Assembly: GCA_028692955.1 (NCBI GenBank)
Contig: JAQUWH010000004.1
Span: 14,407-78,406 of the forward strand
Length of the DNA stretch: 64,000 bases
From: Clostridia bacterium
Lineage (GTDB): Bacteria > Bacillota > Clostridia > TANB77 > CAG-465
Reading direction: 5' to 3'
The notes under the pieces were generated by a model. That model saw nothing but the letters and a program-made list of their open reading frames with translations, was not told where the DNA came from and ran no database searches. The position numbers were made by a program, and so were the translations under genes. Numbering within the stretch: the stretch's first letter is position 1; each line of letters begins with the position of its first letter. Of the stretch, positions 30,059-38,805 are shown piece after piece.

Positions 30059-30208
30059 AGTGTGGAATAATTTGTTTTATATTATGTAAACACTACAACT
30101 GATATAATTTAGCAATAACCGAGGAATATTCCAAAATCACTTTACTTTTTGCTTAAAGTGTGATATAATATAATTGTGTTAGATTAGATGTCGCAAGGGG
30201 GTATGACC

Positions 30209-30766
30209 ATGTTTAATATAGGTGATAAAGTAGTATATCCAATGCACGGAGCAGGTACTATAGAATCAATCGAAGAAAGAGAAATGTTGGGAAACTCAGA
30301 GGATTATTATATTATAAAAATGCCGACAGGTGGTATGAAACTTATGGTTCCAACTAGTAAAGTTTCAAACATTGGTATTAGAGAGGTATCTGAAAAGTCT
30401 GAAGCGGACAAAGTTTTTGGTGTCCTTGAAAAACCAAAGAGTCCGTATGTGCATGATGCTAATTGGAGTAAAAGATATAATATGAATGTCGACAAAATCA
30501 AATCCGGAGACATATTGGAAGTGGCTGAAGTAGTAAGAGAATTATCTCATAGACATATGGAAAGAGGACTTTCTATTGGTGAGAAGAAAATGCTTGCTAC
30601 TGCTAAAAATATTTTAATTAGCGAAATGGTTTTATCAGAAGAAGTAAATGAAGAAGCTTTAGATTTAAAAATAGAAGCTGCTATTAAAGAATCTTATGAT
30701 GCTTCTGTTGTTTCAGATACCAATAGCAATGATGAAATGGTTATAACAAAGATAAATTTAAATTAG
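30209..30766 (+). CDS. carD: CarD/CdnL-family RNA polymerase-binding transcription regulator
   Basis: MFNIGDKVVYPMHGAGTIESIEE N-terminal Tudor-like motif. Alternative starts at 30188 and 30203. Confidence 0.85.
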   Translation: MFNIGDKVVYPMHGAGTIESIEEREMLGNSEDYYIIKMPTGGMKLMVPTSKVSNIGIREVSEKSEADKVFGVLEKPKSPYVHDANWSKRYNMNVDKIKSGDILEVAEVVRELSHRHMERGLSIGEKKMLATAKNILISEMVLSEEVNEEALDLKIEAAIKESYDASVVSDTNSNDEMVITKINLN

Positions 30767-30881
30767 TAATAGAATTAAAAGAATGGATTTCGGTTCATTC
30801 TTTTTGCTTTCTTTTCTATTGATTTTTAAGTTTCTTTGTTATATAATCAAGACAAAATGATAGAATGTTAATGAGGTAACT

Positions 30882-32426
30882 ATGAAAAAATATAGCGTAA
30901 ATCAATATATAGAACTGTTAAACAAAAATAATTTATTAATAACTACGATTCATTGTAATCATATATTAAATGAAAAAATAGAACATGTATCATATAATTC
31001 AAAGGATATTCTTCCTCGTACTTTGTTTATCTGCAAAGGTGCTAACTTTAAAGAGGAATATTTGCAAAGTGCTATTAAAAATGGGGCAATGGTATATGTT
31101 TCAGAAGTGGAGTACTCTGTAAATATTCCGTGTATTTTAGTCAGCGATATTAAAATATCACTCTCTGTAATTGCTGCCTATTATTTTAATTATCCTGCTG
31201 ACAAGTTAAATGTCATCGGTGTTACAGGAACAAAAGGTAAATCAACTACTTCGTATTTTATTAAGTATATTTTAGATGAATACAAAAAATCAACTGGGTT
31301 AAAAGATACTGGAATTATCTCCTCTATTGATACTTATGATGGTAAAGATACGGTTAAGTCATTACTGACCACTCCAGAGTCCTATGATTTGCAAGAACTT
31401 TTTTATCGTTCCTTACAAAATGGAGTGGAAAATGTTGTGATGGAAGTATCCTCTCAAGCTTTAAAGTATGGTAGAGTACATGATGTTGAGTTTGATATAA
31501 GTGTTTTCTTAAATATATCAGAAGATCATATTGGCCCTATAGAGCATCCTAATTTTGAGGATTACTTTGATTCAAAATTGAAGATATTTGCTAAATCTAA
31601 AATTGCTTGTATTAATTTAGATTCTGATGATAGTGATGTCATCTATCATAGAGCCAAACATGATGCAAATCAGATCGTTACTTTCTCTACAAAGAATAGT
31701 AAAGCGGATGTTTATGGGTATCACATTCGTAAAGAGGGACTAAAAACATTCTTTTGTGTAAAAACAAAAAGTTTTGAAAAAGAAATGGTGTTATCGATAC
31801 CAGGATTATTTAATGTAGAAAATGCACTAGCTGCGATTGCTGTTGCTGATTACATGAAGATACCAGAAAAGTATATTTATTTAGGACTTAGTATTGCAAA
31901 ATCAGAGGGGAGAATGGAAATTTATCATAGTAATGATGAAAAGATTGTTTCTATTGTGGACTATGCTCATAATAAAGTGTCATTTGAGAAAATATTTGAT
32001 ACAACTAAAAGAGAATACCCAGATAGAAAAATCATTGCTATTTTTGGTTGCCCAGGAAATAAAGCGGAAATTAGGAGAAAAGATTTAGGTGAAGAGGCAG
32101 GGAAGAGTGCCAACAAAATTTATTTAACGGAAGATGATCCAGCTTATGAATCGGTAGAACAGATATCAAATGAAGTGATACAATACTTAAAAAAATATAA
32201 CGATAATTATACTGTAATTGAAGATAGAAGTGCGGCGATTAAAGAGGCAGTAAAGTTTGTTGCTGATAGTAAGGAGAAGTATATCATTTTAATTCTTGGA
32301 AAAGGAAATGAACGAACACAAAAAGTAGCAGGGGGACTAGTGCCATATAAATCAGATATGGTGAATATACTAGAATCTATTCATGATTATGAGAATAGTC
32401 ATACTATATCTAATAGTAATCATTAA
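30882..32426 (+). CDS. murE: UDP-N-acetylmuramoyl-L-alanyl-D-glutamate ligase MurE; DNPR motif replaced by DDPA (Lys-type signature)
   Basis: Mur ligase P-loop GVTGTKGKSTT and overall MurE architecture. The motif LTEDDPA at 32127-32144 fits D(D/N)P(N/A). Confidence 0.9.
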   Translation: MKKYSVNQYIELLNKNNLLITTIHCNHILNEKIEHVSYNSKDILPRTLFICKGANFKEEYLQSAIKNGAMVYVSEVEYSVNIPCILVSDIKISLSVIAAYYFNYPADKLNVIGVTGTKGKSTTSYFIKYILDEYKKSTGLKDTGIISSIDTYDGKDTVKSLLTTPESYDLQELFYRSLQNGVENVVMEVSSQALKYGRVHDVEFDISVFLNISEDHIGPIEHPNFEDYFDSKLKIFAKSKIACINLDSDDSDVIYHRAKHDANQIVTFSTKNSKADVYGYHIRKEGLKTFFCVKTKSFEKEMVLSIPGLFNVENALAAIAVADYMKIPEKYIYLGLSIAKSEGRMEIYHSNDEKIVSIVDYAHNKVSFEKIFDTTKREYPDRKIIAIFGCPGNKAEIRRKDLGEEAGKSANKIYLTEDDPAYESVEQISNEVIQYLKKYNDNYTVIEDRSAAIKEAVKFVADSKEKYIILILGKGNERTQKVAGGLVPYKSDMVNILESIHDYENSHTISNSNH

Positions 32427-32541
32427 TAGAAAGTGAAATGATAGAGCCAACATTATCATTTAATAATATTAAATTAGCAAATAACGAATTTATATCTTTG
32501 GTAGAATTAGATATTGATATGTTAGTATTGTAAAATAAAAA

Positions 32542-32580
32542 ATGAAAAGTATGAATTATTTCTCATACTTTTCATTTTTA
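32542..32580. terminator. bidirectional terminator between murE and Lon-like gene
   Basis: Perfect 13-bp stem ATGAAAAGTATGA/TCATACTTTTCAT with A-rich and T-rich flanks. Confidence 0.8.
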
Positions 32581-32588
32581 TATACTAT

Positions 32589-35006
32589 CTAGGCGTTATA
32601 TTTTTTGCTTTTTACTGCATAATCCTTTAATTTTTCTGAAACAAGATAGTTGATGCTATCTGTTTCATACTTACCGATATCATTAAGTTTACCTGCAGGT
32701 ATTCCTGTTAAAATTTCAATTCCCTCATCAATTGTTGAAATAGGGTATATATGGAAGTTTCCTTCTTTTACTGCTTGGATTACCTCATCATTTAAGGTTA
32801 AATTTTTTACATTTTGAAATGGAATTAAAACCCCATTTTCTTTATTTAATCCTCTATTTTTACATACTCTAAAATATCCTTCAATCTTATCTGTCACACC
32901 ACCAATTGGTTGTATTTCACCCTTTTGATTAACAGAGCCTGTCACAGCAAGTGATTGGTTAATCGGAACTCCAGCAAGTGAAGATAATATTGCATATAGT
33001 TCTGTAGAAGAAGCACTATCACCATCAACGCCGTTGTATAATTGTTCAAAACAAATACTTGCAGTAAGGGATAATGGCACTTCTTGTGCATATTTTTCTC
33101 CAATATAGGCAGATAAGATATACACACCTTTTGAATGTGATGTACCACTTAAAGCAATTTCTCTTTCAATATTGACAACACCGCTTTTTCCAATGAATGT
33201 ATTAGCTGTTATTCTAACTGGTTGACCAAAAGAATAATCACCTGTTATAGCAATGGTAAGACCGTTAATTTGTCCAACTTTGGCACCGTCTGTTGAAATA
33301 ATAATATCGCCTTGAGAAATCATTTCATTTAAAGTATCATGGTATTTTGAAAATCTATATTTTTTTATATCTAATGCTTTGTTAATCTCATTTTCAGTAA
33401 TGTTTTTTTTCTTTGTATTTTTAGCAATGAGATTAGACTCTATACATAGATCTGCGATATCTTGCTTAATAGCAGTAAGTCTATTTTTATTACCAGCACA
33501 TTTTGAACTATATTCAATAATTGCTTTAATAGCACTAGCATCAAAAGGTAGTAAATCATTTTGTTTTACTAAAAAAGCAATATACCCTGCTAGTTTTAAG
33601 CTATTTTCTTTATTACGAACATAATAATCATCAAAATCAGCCTTTACTTTAAATAATTTTTTAAAATCTACATCCATTTGGCATAATTGTTGGTAATGCA
33701 TTTCAGAACCAATTAAGATAACTTGCATATTAATTGGAATTGCCTCAGGCTTTAGAGAAACAACTGTAATTGGTTGTGCTATATCTCTAGAACTATCAAT
33801 GGATAGCTCTTGATTGCGGATTACTCTTTTAAACGCTTCCCAAGTAGGCATACTACTTAATAGATCTCTAATATTAATGATAAGGTAACCACCATTTGCT
33901 TTATGAACAAGACCAGGCTTTAACATCATATAATTTGTTTTAACACCTGTTGGGTTTGTTTCAAACTCAAGCTTACCAAATAAATCAAAATAATTTGGAT
34001 TTTTGCAAAGAATAACAGGAGCATGCATCAATCTATCATTATCAATGATAAGGTTAACCCTATAATTTTCCCATGGTTTATTTAATTGCTTTTGTTGCAT
34101 CATCATAGGCATCATCATAGAAGGAGTAGGCTTTTTAGGAGCTCTTTGACTGTCTTCATATGCCTTAAATGCACCTATATTATTGATAACATCACTTTGA
34201 ATAGAATACAAAAAGTTTTGTATTTTTAAATTATTTTTGTATTTTATTTTTAAATCACTCATACATTGTGTTACGGCAAATGTTGTTAGGTTAGATTGCC
34301 ATTCTTCAATGACTTGTTCTGCTTTTTTATCTAAAGCATCTAGTTGTTTTAAGACTTCAAAAGTTTGTTCTTGAATCTTTGGACTTTTTTCTTGAAAATA
34401 TTTTTTTGTCTTTTCATCTAATATGGCAAAATCTTTTTCACTTAATACAATACCATTGTGTACAGGGGAAAAATAGATCCCATCCTCTGTATTTCTCACC
34501 TTGAAGCCTTGTTCATAAGTAGATTTGTCAAACTCTTTCATAATATCTTCTTTTGCTCTGTCGTATCTATCCTGAATCGTTTTCTTTTCTTTTTCATACA
34601 TATCGCCAGATAAATCTTTTGCAAGTCTTTCTAGTAATTTTTTAATAAAACGATTCATATCTTGTTTAAATTCAGAACCCATACCAGGCTTTAAACTAAT
34701 AGCAATCGGTTCATTTGGATTGTCAAAGTTATAGATATAACAAAAATCGTTTGGTACACTTTCTTTTTGGCTAAGTTGGTTCACAACAGATAGAGCATAA
34801 GCAGTTTTACCAATTCCAATGCTACCAGCAACGTATAAATTAAAACCTTTTTGAGGTATTTGCATAGCAGATTTGATGGCGTCTAATGCTCTTTGTTGCC
34901 CTATAATTCCATTAAAGGGTTCAATATCATTGGTTGTTTCAAACGATAACTTTTCCTCTTTGAAACTATTTTTTAAGTCAGTGTACTTTAACTCCTTCAT
35001 TTTCAT
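32589..35006 (-). CDS. Lon-related ATP-dependent protease (COG1067/LonB-like, 805 aa)
   Basis: Walker A GSIGIGKT. The C-terminal S16 domain has DGDSASSTELYAILSSL (catalytic Ser) and VNQKGEIQPIGGV (Lys). Confidence 0.85.
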   Translation of the reverse strand: MKMKELKYTDLKNSFKEEKLSFETTNDIEPFNGIIGQQRALDAIKSAMQIPQKGFNLYVAGSIGIGKTAYALSVVNQLSQKESVPNDFCYIYNFDNPNEPIAISLKPGMGSEFKQDMNRFIKKLLERLAKDLSGDMYEKEKKTIQDRYDRAKEDIMKEFDKSTYEQGFKVRNTEDGIYFSPVHNGIVLSEKDFAILDEKTKKYFQEKSPKIQEQTFEVLKQLDALDKKAEQVIEEWQSNLTTFAVTQCMSDLKIKYKNNLKIQNFLYSIQSDVINNIGAFKAYEDSQRAPKKPTPSMMMPMMMQQKQLNKPWENYRVNLIIDNDRLMHAPVILCKNPNYFDLFGKLEFETNPTGVKTNYMMLKPGLVHKANGGYLIINIRDLLSSMPTWEAFKRVIRNQELSIDSSRDIAQPITVVSLKPEAIPINMQVILIGSEMHYQQLCQMDVDFKKLFKVKADFDDYYVRNKENSLKLAGYIAFLVKQNDLLPFDASAIKAIIEYSSKCAGNKNRLTAIKQDIADLCIESNLIAKNTKKKNITENEINKALDIKKYRFSKYHDTLNEMISQGDIIISTDGAKVGQINGLTIAITGDYSFGQPVRITANTFIGKSGVVNIEREIALSGTSHSKGVYILSAYIGEKYAQEVPLSLTASICFEQLYNGVDGDSASSTELYAILSSLAGVPINQSLAVTGSVNQKGEIQPIGGVTDKIEGYFRVCKNRGLNKENGVLIPFQNVKNLTLNDEVIQAVKEGNFHIYPISTIDEGIEILTGIPAGKLNDIGKYETDSINYLVSEKLKDYAVKSKKYNA

Positions 35007-35250
35007 ATTTTTCCTCCATCATCTTTTGTATAACTATATTGTATTATATAATGAAAAAATATTCAACAAAAACAAGGAAAAAAATAAATTTCTAAAGAAT
35101 AAATAAATACAGTTAATTAAAATAAAGTTGGATCTTAAAATAATTCATTTTAACACAAGAACAAAACAAGTCACTTTTTGTCATTGTCGACAAAAAATGA
35201 CAAATATCGCTTTGATATATTTGTATAATGGAGAAAGGAGGGATATATAT

Positions 35251-35691
35251 ATGAAAAAGAAAATAATATATGCAGTGTTCATTATATTAGGATTAATTAT
35301 TATTTGTGGGGTTATCTATACATGTAATCCTAACATGTTTAATTCGGATTTAAAAATTACAAAGATTACTAAGATGGATTATTCAATTACTCACGTTACA
35401 GCGACAAGAAAGCAAGGAGTATTGCCTGAGGAAGCAAAGTCGGAATATTATTTTATTGCAAATAACAAGGGGATTATTATAGATGTTATCGTAAAGGAAT
35501 ATTATACCGAGGATAGCAAGTTAAATCAAGCATATAATAAAATAAAAGAGTTGGTAGGATCTATTAGAGATAATCCAAGAATCAGAGATGGATGTATTGT
35601 ATATAATCTATACATGTATAATAATAAACATGTTGATGAAATAAATACTTTCTTTAATTCAGCTGAAAATCCTGTTATAGAGAAAATTTAA
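35251..35691 (+). CDS. small signal-anchored hypothetical protein (paralog A)
   Basis: MKKKIIYAVFIILGLIIICGVIYTCNPNMF.... The ATG at 35251 follows the SD AGGAGGG. It is a paralog of the next gene. Confidence 0.7.
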   Translation: MKKKIIYAVFIILGLIIICGVIYTCNPNMFNSDLKITKITKMDYSITHVTATRKQGVLPEEAKSEYYFIANNKGIIIDVIVKEYYTEDSKLNQAYNKIKELVGSIRDNPRIRDGCIVYNLYMYNNKHVDEINTFFNSAENPVIEKI

Positions 35692-35779
35692 TTTAGTAAA
35701 TTTTTAATATAAAAATTTTTTATTGTTGGCAAGTATTTCTTTGAAATATTTGTATAATAGTGTAAGGAGGGGGATATAT

Positions 35780-36220
35780 ATGAAAAAGAAAATAATATAT
35801 ACAGTATTCATTATATTAGGATTAGTTATTATTTGTGGAATTATCTATACATGTAATCCTAATATGTTCAACTCGGATTTAAAGATTACAAAGATTACTA
35901 AAATGGATTATTCAATTACTCATGTTACAACAATGCGTAAAGGCATAGTTGGAGATGAGAAAAGAAAAAAGGAGTATTACTTTATTGCAAATAACAAAAG
36001 AATAATTGTTGATGTAGTTGTAAGAGAATATTACGACGATGCAAACGAACTAAATGAAGCTTACAGTGAAATGAAAAAGTTTACAGGAGGATTTCAGGAT
36101 AACCCAAGAATAGGGGATGGATGTATTGTATATAATCTATACATGTATAATAACAAACATATTGACGAATTGAATAATTTCTTTGGTCCAGCTGAAAATG
36201 CTATAATCGAAAAAATTTAA
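35780..36220 (+). CDS. small signal-anchored hypothetical protein (paralog B)
   Basis: MKKKIIYTVFIILGLVIICGIIYTCNPNMF.... The ATG at 35780 follows the SD AGGAGGGGG. Confidence 0.7.
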   Translation: MKKKIIYTVFIILGLVIICGIIYTCNPNMFNSDLKITKITKMDYSITHVTTMRKGIVGDEKRKKEYYFIANNKRIIVDVVVREYYDDANELNEAYSEMKKFTGGFQDNPRIGDGCIVYNLYMYNNKHIDELNNFFGPAENAIIEKI

Positions 36221-36245
36221 TTTGTAGTACTAGAAATTCCATTTC

Positions 36246-36283
36246 AAAAGTGCACCTAAGTTTTAAAATTTAGGTGCACTTTT
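36246..36283. terminator. bidirectional terminator between convergent small genes
   Basis: Perfect 14-bp stem AAAAGTGCACCTAA/TTAGGTGCACTTTT. Confidence 0.8.
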
Positions 36284-36338
36284 ATGTATAATAGTATGGA
36301 TTTAGTTTAAGTTTTCTTAGCAGTTAAATACTAGTTGT

Positions 36339-36758
36339 TTACGCATACCAATCGTGTAAGGTACACTTCACAGTAGCAGAACTGCCGTTGTACACTGTGA
36401 ATGTAATTGTATATGTTCCAGCCTTTGCATCAGAAAAGTTTAAATCTTTAGTAGAATTAGGATTTAAAGTAATAAATCCTGCACCACCAGATACTGTGAT
36501 TAATCTCCCATCCGGCCCCCACATTTGCACTATAACTTGCTCATTGCTACCTGAGACTTCAAATGTGGCATGGGCCCACCAACTATTGCTGGGTGAATAG
36601 ATGTAGAAAGTTTCATTGGAACCTGTTGCTTGCCCACTTCCACTTACAGCCCGGGATTCCACTTGAGGGACTTCTTTTGCCATGACAGATGTGCCAAGAC
36701 AAAAGCATACTCCTATAACTAATAGGATTGACAACGATTTTTTTAGAAAGTTGTTCAT
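36339..36758 (-). CDS. small secreted protein (signal peptide + beta-rich domain), unknown function
   Basis: MNNFLKKSLSILLVIGVCFCLGTSVMA signal peptide. The ATG at 36758 follows the SD GGAGGA. The gene is visibly more GC-rich than its surroundings. Confidence 0.7.
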   Translation of the reverse strand: MNNFLKKSLSILLVIGVCFCLGTSVMAKEVPQVESRAVSGSGQATGSNETFYIYSPSNSWWAHATFEVSGSNEQVIVQMWGPDGRLITVSGGAGFITLNPNSTKDLNFSDAKAGTYTITFTVYNGSSATVKCTLHDWYA

Positions 36759-36953
36759 AAACTTATCCTCCAATTGTTTGATAAAATCCATACTATTAAT
36801 ACCAGTATAAAATGAAATTAAAATATTAAATACATTCTATGCTTTATATGACATAAAATCAAATAAATAGACAAATTAAGGCATGTATCGACAAAATAAG
36901 ACTAATATATGTTTTTAATAAATATAGGTAACAAAAAACTCCCCATTGGGAAG

Positions 36954-37415
36954 TTAAATCTCTTTTACATAAATACAAGCATCTTCGTTGTTATCTTTGT
37001 AATAATTTTTTCTTGTATGTATCATGTTAAAATTACACTTTTCATATAGTTTTTTTGCTGATTCATTCGATTTCCTTACTTCTAGAAATATTTTCTTGAC
37101 TTCGTGAATTTTTGCAAAATCAAATATATTACTTAAAAGTAGAGTTGCAATTCCGTTGCTTTCATAGTTTTTTTCAGTAACTACGGAAATAATATCCATG
37201 GTATCTACTACATAATGAGCTGCAATATAGCCGATTATTTCATTATGATAACAGGCACAAAGATACAAACTTGTATTTTGATTTAATGTTAAATCATCTA
37301 GAATATCCTTTTTCTTTAAAATAACAATATTTTGTGATTTTTCTATCTCAATTAATGCGTGAATATCATCTTGTGTTATCTCTCGAATTTGGATCTCATC
37401 TTTATTTATTCCCAT
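36954..37415 (-). CDS. rimI: GNAT acetyltransferase, ribosomal-protein-alanine N-acetyltransferase RimI-like
   Basis: GNAT motif (YESNGIATLLL). It overlaps the tsaB stop by 14 nt. Conserved tsaE-tsaB-rimI synteny. Confidence 0.8.
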   Translation of the reverse strand: MGINKDEIQIREITQDDIHALIEIEKSQNIVILKKKDILDDLTLNQNTSLYLCACYHNEIIGYIAAHYVVDTMDIISVVTEKNYESNGIATLLLSNIFDFAKIHEVKKIFLEVRKSNESAKKLYEKCNFNMIHTRKNYYKDNNEDACIYVKEI

Positions 37416-38109
37416 TCTTCATCCTTTCAGCTTGTGTTGGTCTAGCATAAATAGCATCTAGTGTATAAGTATCGAATAGATAACTGTCAGTGTTAGTTAT
37501 ATCAAAGTAAGCATGAATTAAATCGGTTGTGCTAGGGTATAAGTTATATAACTTAGGTGAGTCATTTGTTAATTTATCGTTAAATTTATCAATACAATCA
37601 CCAGCAAATATAATAGAAGTGGTAAGTGAAGTAATAGACTTTATCGCTACATCAATTTCATCATTTGCAATAGGTATTACGGTTTCTATTTTTATTTTTT
37701 CATCTTTATCTAAAGTTAACTTATAGACGGCATAATAGACTCTGTCATTTCTTGCATCAATGATAGAGGCAATAGTAACTTCTTTTGCACCATATAGTTT
37801 AAAAGCCTTGTATGCGATTAATTTTGTAGATTCAATAGAAAATGTTTTATTGTTATCTATCATAGAAAAAGCTTTAATAGTTGCAAGCCCAATTCTAATA
37901 CCTGTAAAAGAACCAGGGCCATTGATACAAGCATATAACTTGATATCCTTTAACGTTAAATTTGCTTCTTTTAAAGTTTCATCAATGAGTGGCAATAATT
38001 TTTCGGAATGAGTTACTTCATTTGCTTTTGATTTTTCTATGATATTATTATCATTTAAGACAGCAACACTTGCAAGTCTTGTTGTAGTATCAATTGCTAA
38101 TATATTCAT
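37402..38109 (-). CDS. tsaB: tRNA threonylcarbamoyladenosine (t6A) biosynthesis protein TsaB
   Basis: MNILAIDTTT...GPGSFTGIRIG motifs and synteny. Confidence 0.9.
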   Translation of the reverse strand: MNILAIDTTTRLASVAVLNDNNIIEKSKANEVTHSEKLLPLIDETLKEANLTLKDIKLYACINGPGSFTGIRIGLATIKAFSMIDNNKTFSIESTKLIAYKAFKLYGAKEVTIASIIDARNDRVYYAVYKLTLDKDEKIKIETVIPIANDEIDVAIKSITSLTTSIIFAGDCIDKFNDKLTNDSPKLYNLYPSTTDLIHAYFDITNTDSYLFDTYTLDAIYARPTQAERMKNGNK

Positions 38110-38112
38110 GTG

Positions 38113-38562
38113 TTAATTCCTCCTAATATGAAAATAACGAATATCGCTATTTTTCTCGTCTTTTGTAATATCTATGGTAATCGTTCTTTTCGGTAGAATA
38201 TCTTGTATAATATCAGCCCATTCTATGATACAAATGCCATCTTCAAAGTAATGGTCTCCAATGCTATCTAAAAAATCAGTAGAATCTTCAATTCTATAAA
38301 CATCAAAATGGTATATTTTTTCTAAATTTTGCAAAGTATATTCATTTACTATGGTAAAGGTTGGGCTACAGATTTGACTTTCGATTCCAAAATACTGAGC
38401 AATGCCTGAAACAAAAACAGTTTTACCAGCACCAAGTTCACCGTTTAATGCAATAATATCACCTTTTTTTAATTCTTTAGCAAAAGTCTTTGCTAGTAGA
38501 AGAGTGTCATCTATACCCTTTGCTATATAACGATGATTTATCTTTATTTCTGTATGTTCCAT
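38113..38562 (-). CDS. tsaE: t6A biosynthesis ATPase TsaE (YjeE)
   Basis: GELGAGKTVFVSG P-loop and SPTFT motif. The ATG at 38562 gives a typical ~149-aa protein. The maximal ORF extends to a TTG at 38655, and neither start has a clear SD. Confidence 0.8.
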   Translation of the reverse strand: MEHTEIKINHRYIAKGIDDTLLLAKTFAKELKKGDIIALNGELGAGKTVFVSGIAQYFGIESQICSPTFTIVNEYTLQNLEKIYHFDVYRIEDSTDFLDSIGDHYFEDGICIIEWADIIQDILPKRTITIDITKDEKNSDIRYFHIRRN

Positions 38563-38710
38563 TATTTTTTTTATTTCGTTTTCTAAATTATTGTTGGTTA
38601 AATTTTCCACAGTATCACCAATACTTATTATATCAAAAAAAGTAGTAAATAGCAATATATAGTTATTACCTAGAAAAATCTAAAATATGCCACAAATTAT
38701 TTTTTAAGTC

Positions 38711-38739
38711 TTGATATATATTTTCTTTCGATATATAAT
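38711..38739 (+). promoter_or_regulatory. sigma-A-type promoter for first gene of pilin-like cluster
   Basis: TTGATA (38711-38716), 17-nt spacer, TATAAT (38734-38739). Confidence 0.5.
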
Positions 38740-38805
38740 ATTATTGTTCAAATGAGTGAAAATAATGAAATATAAAATATAAATATAAAATATGAGGTGC
38801 AATAT

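Larger units (their letters stand above)
35205..36220 (+). repeat. tandem duplication of a small gene including its upstream TATAAT/SD region
   Basis: Units of ~35205-35691 and ~35735-36220. The first ~170 nt of the two CDSs differ at only scattered positions, and the upstream ATATTTGTATAAT...AGGAGGG...ATATATATG is also duplicated. Confidence 0.8.
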
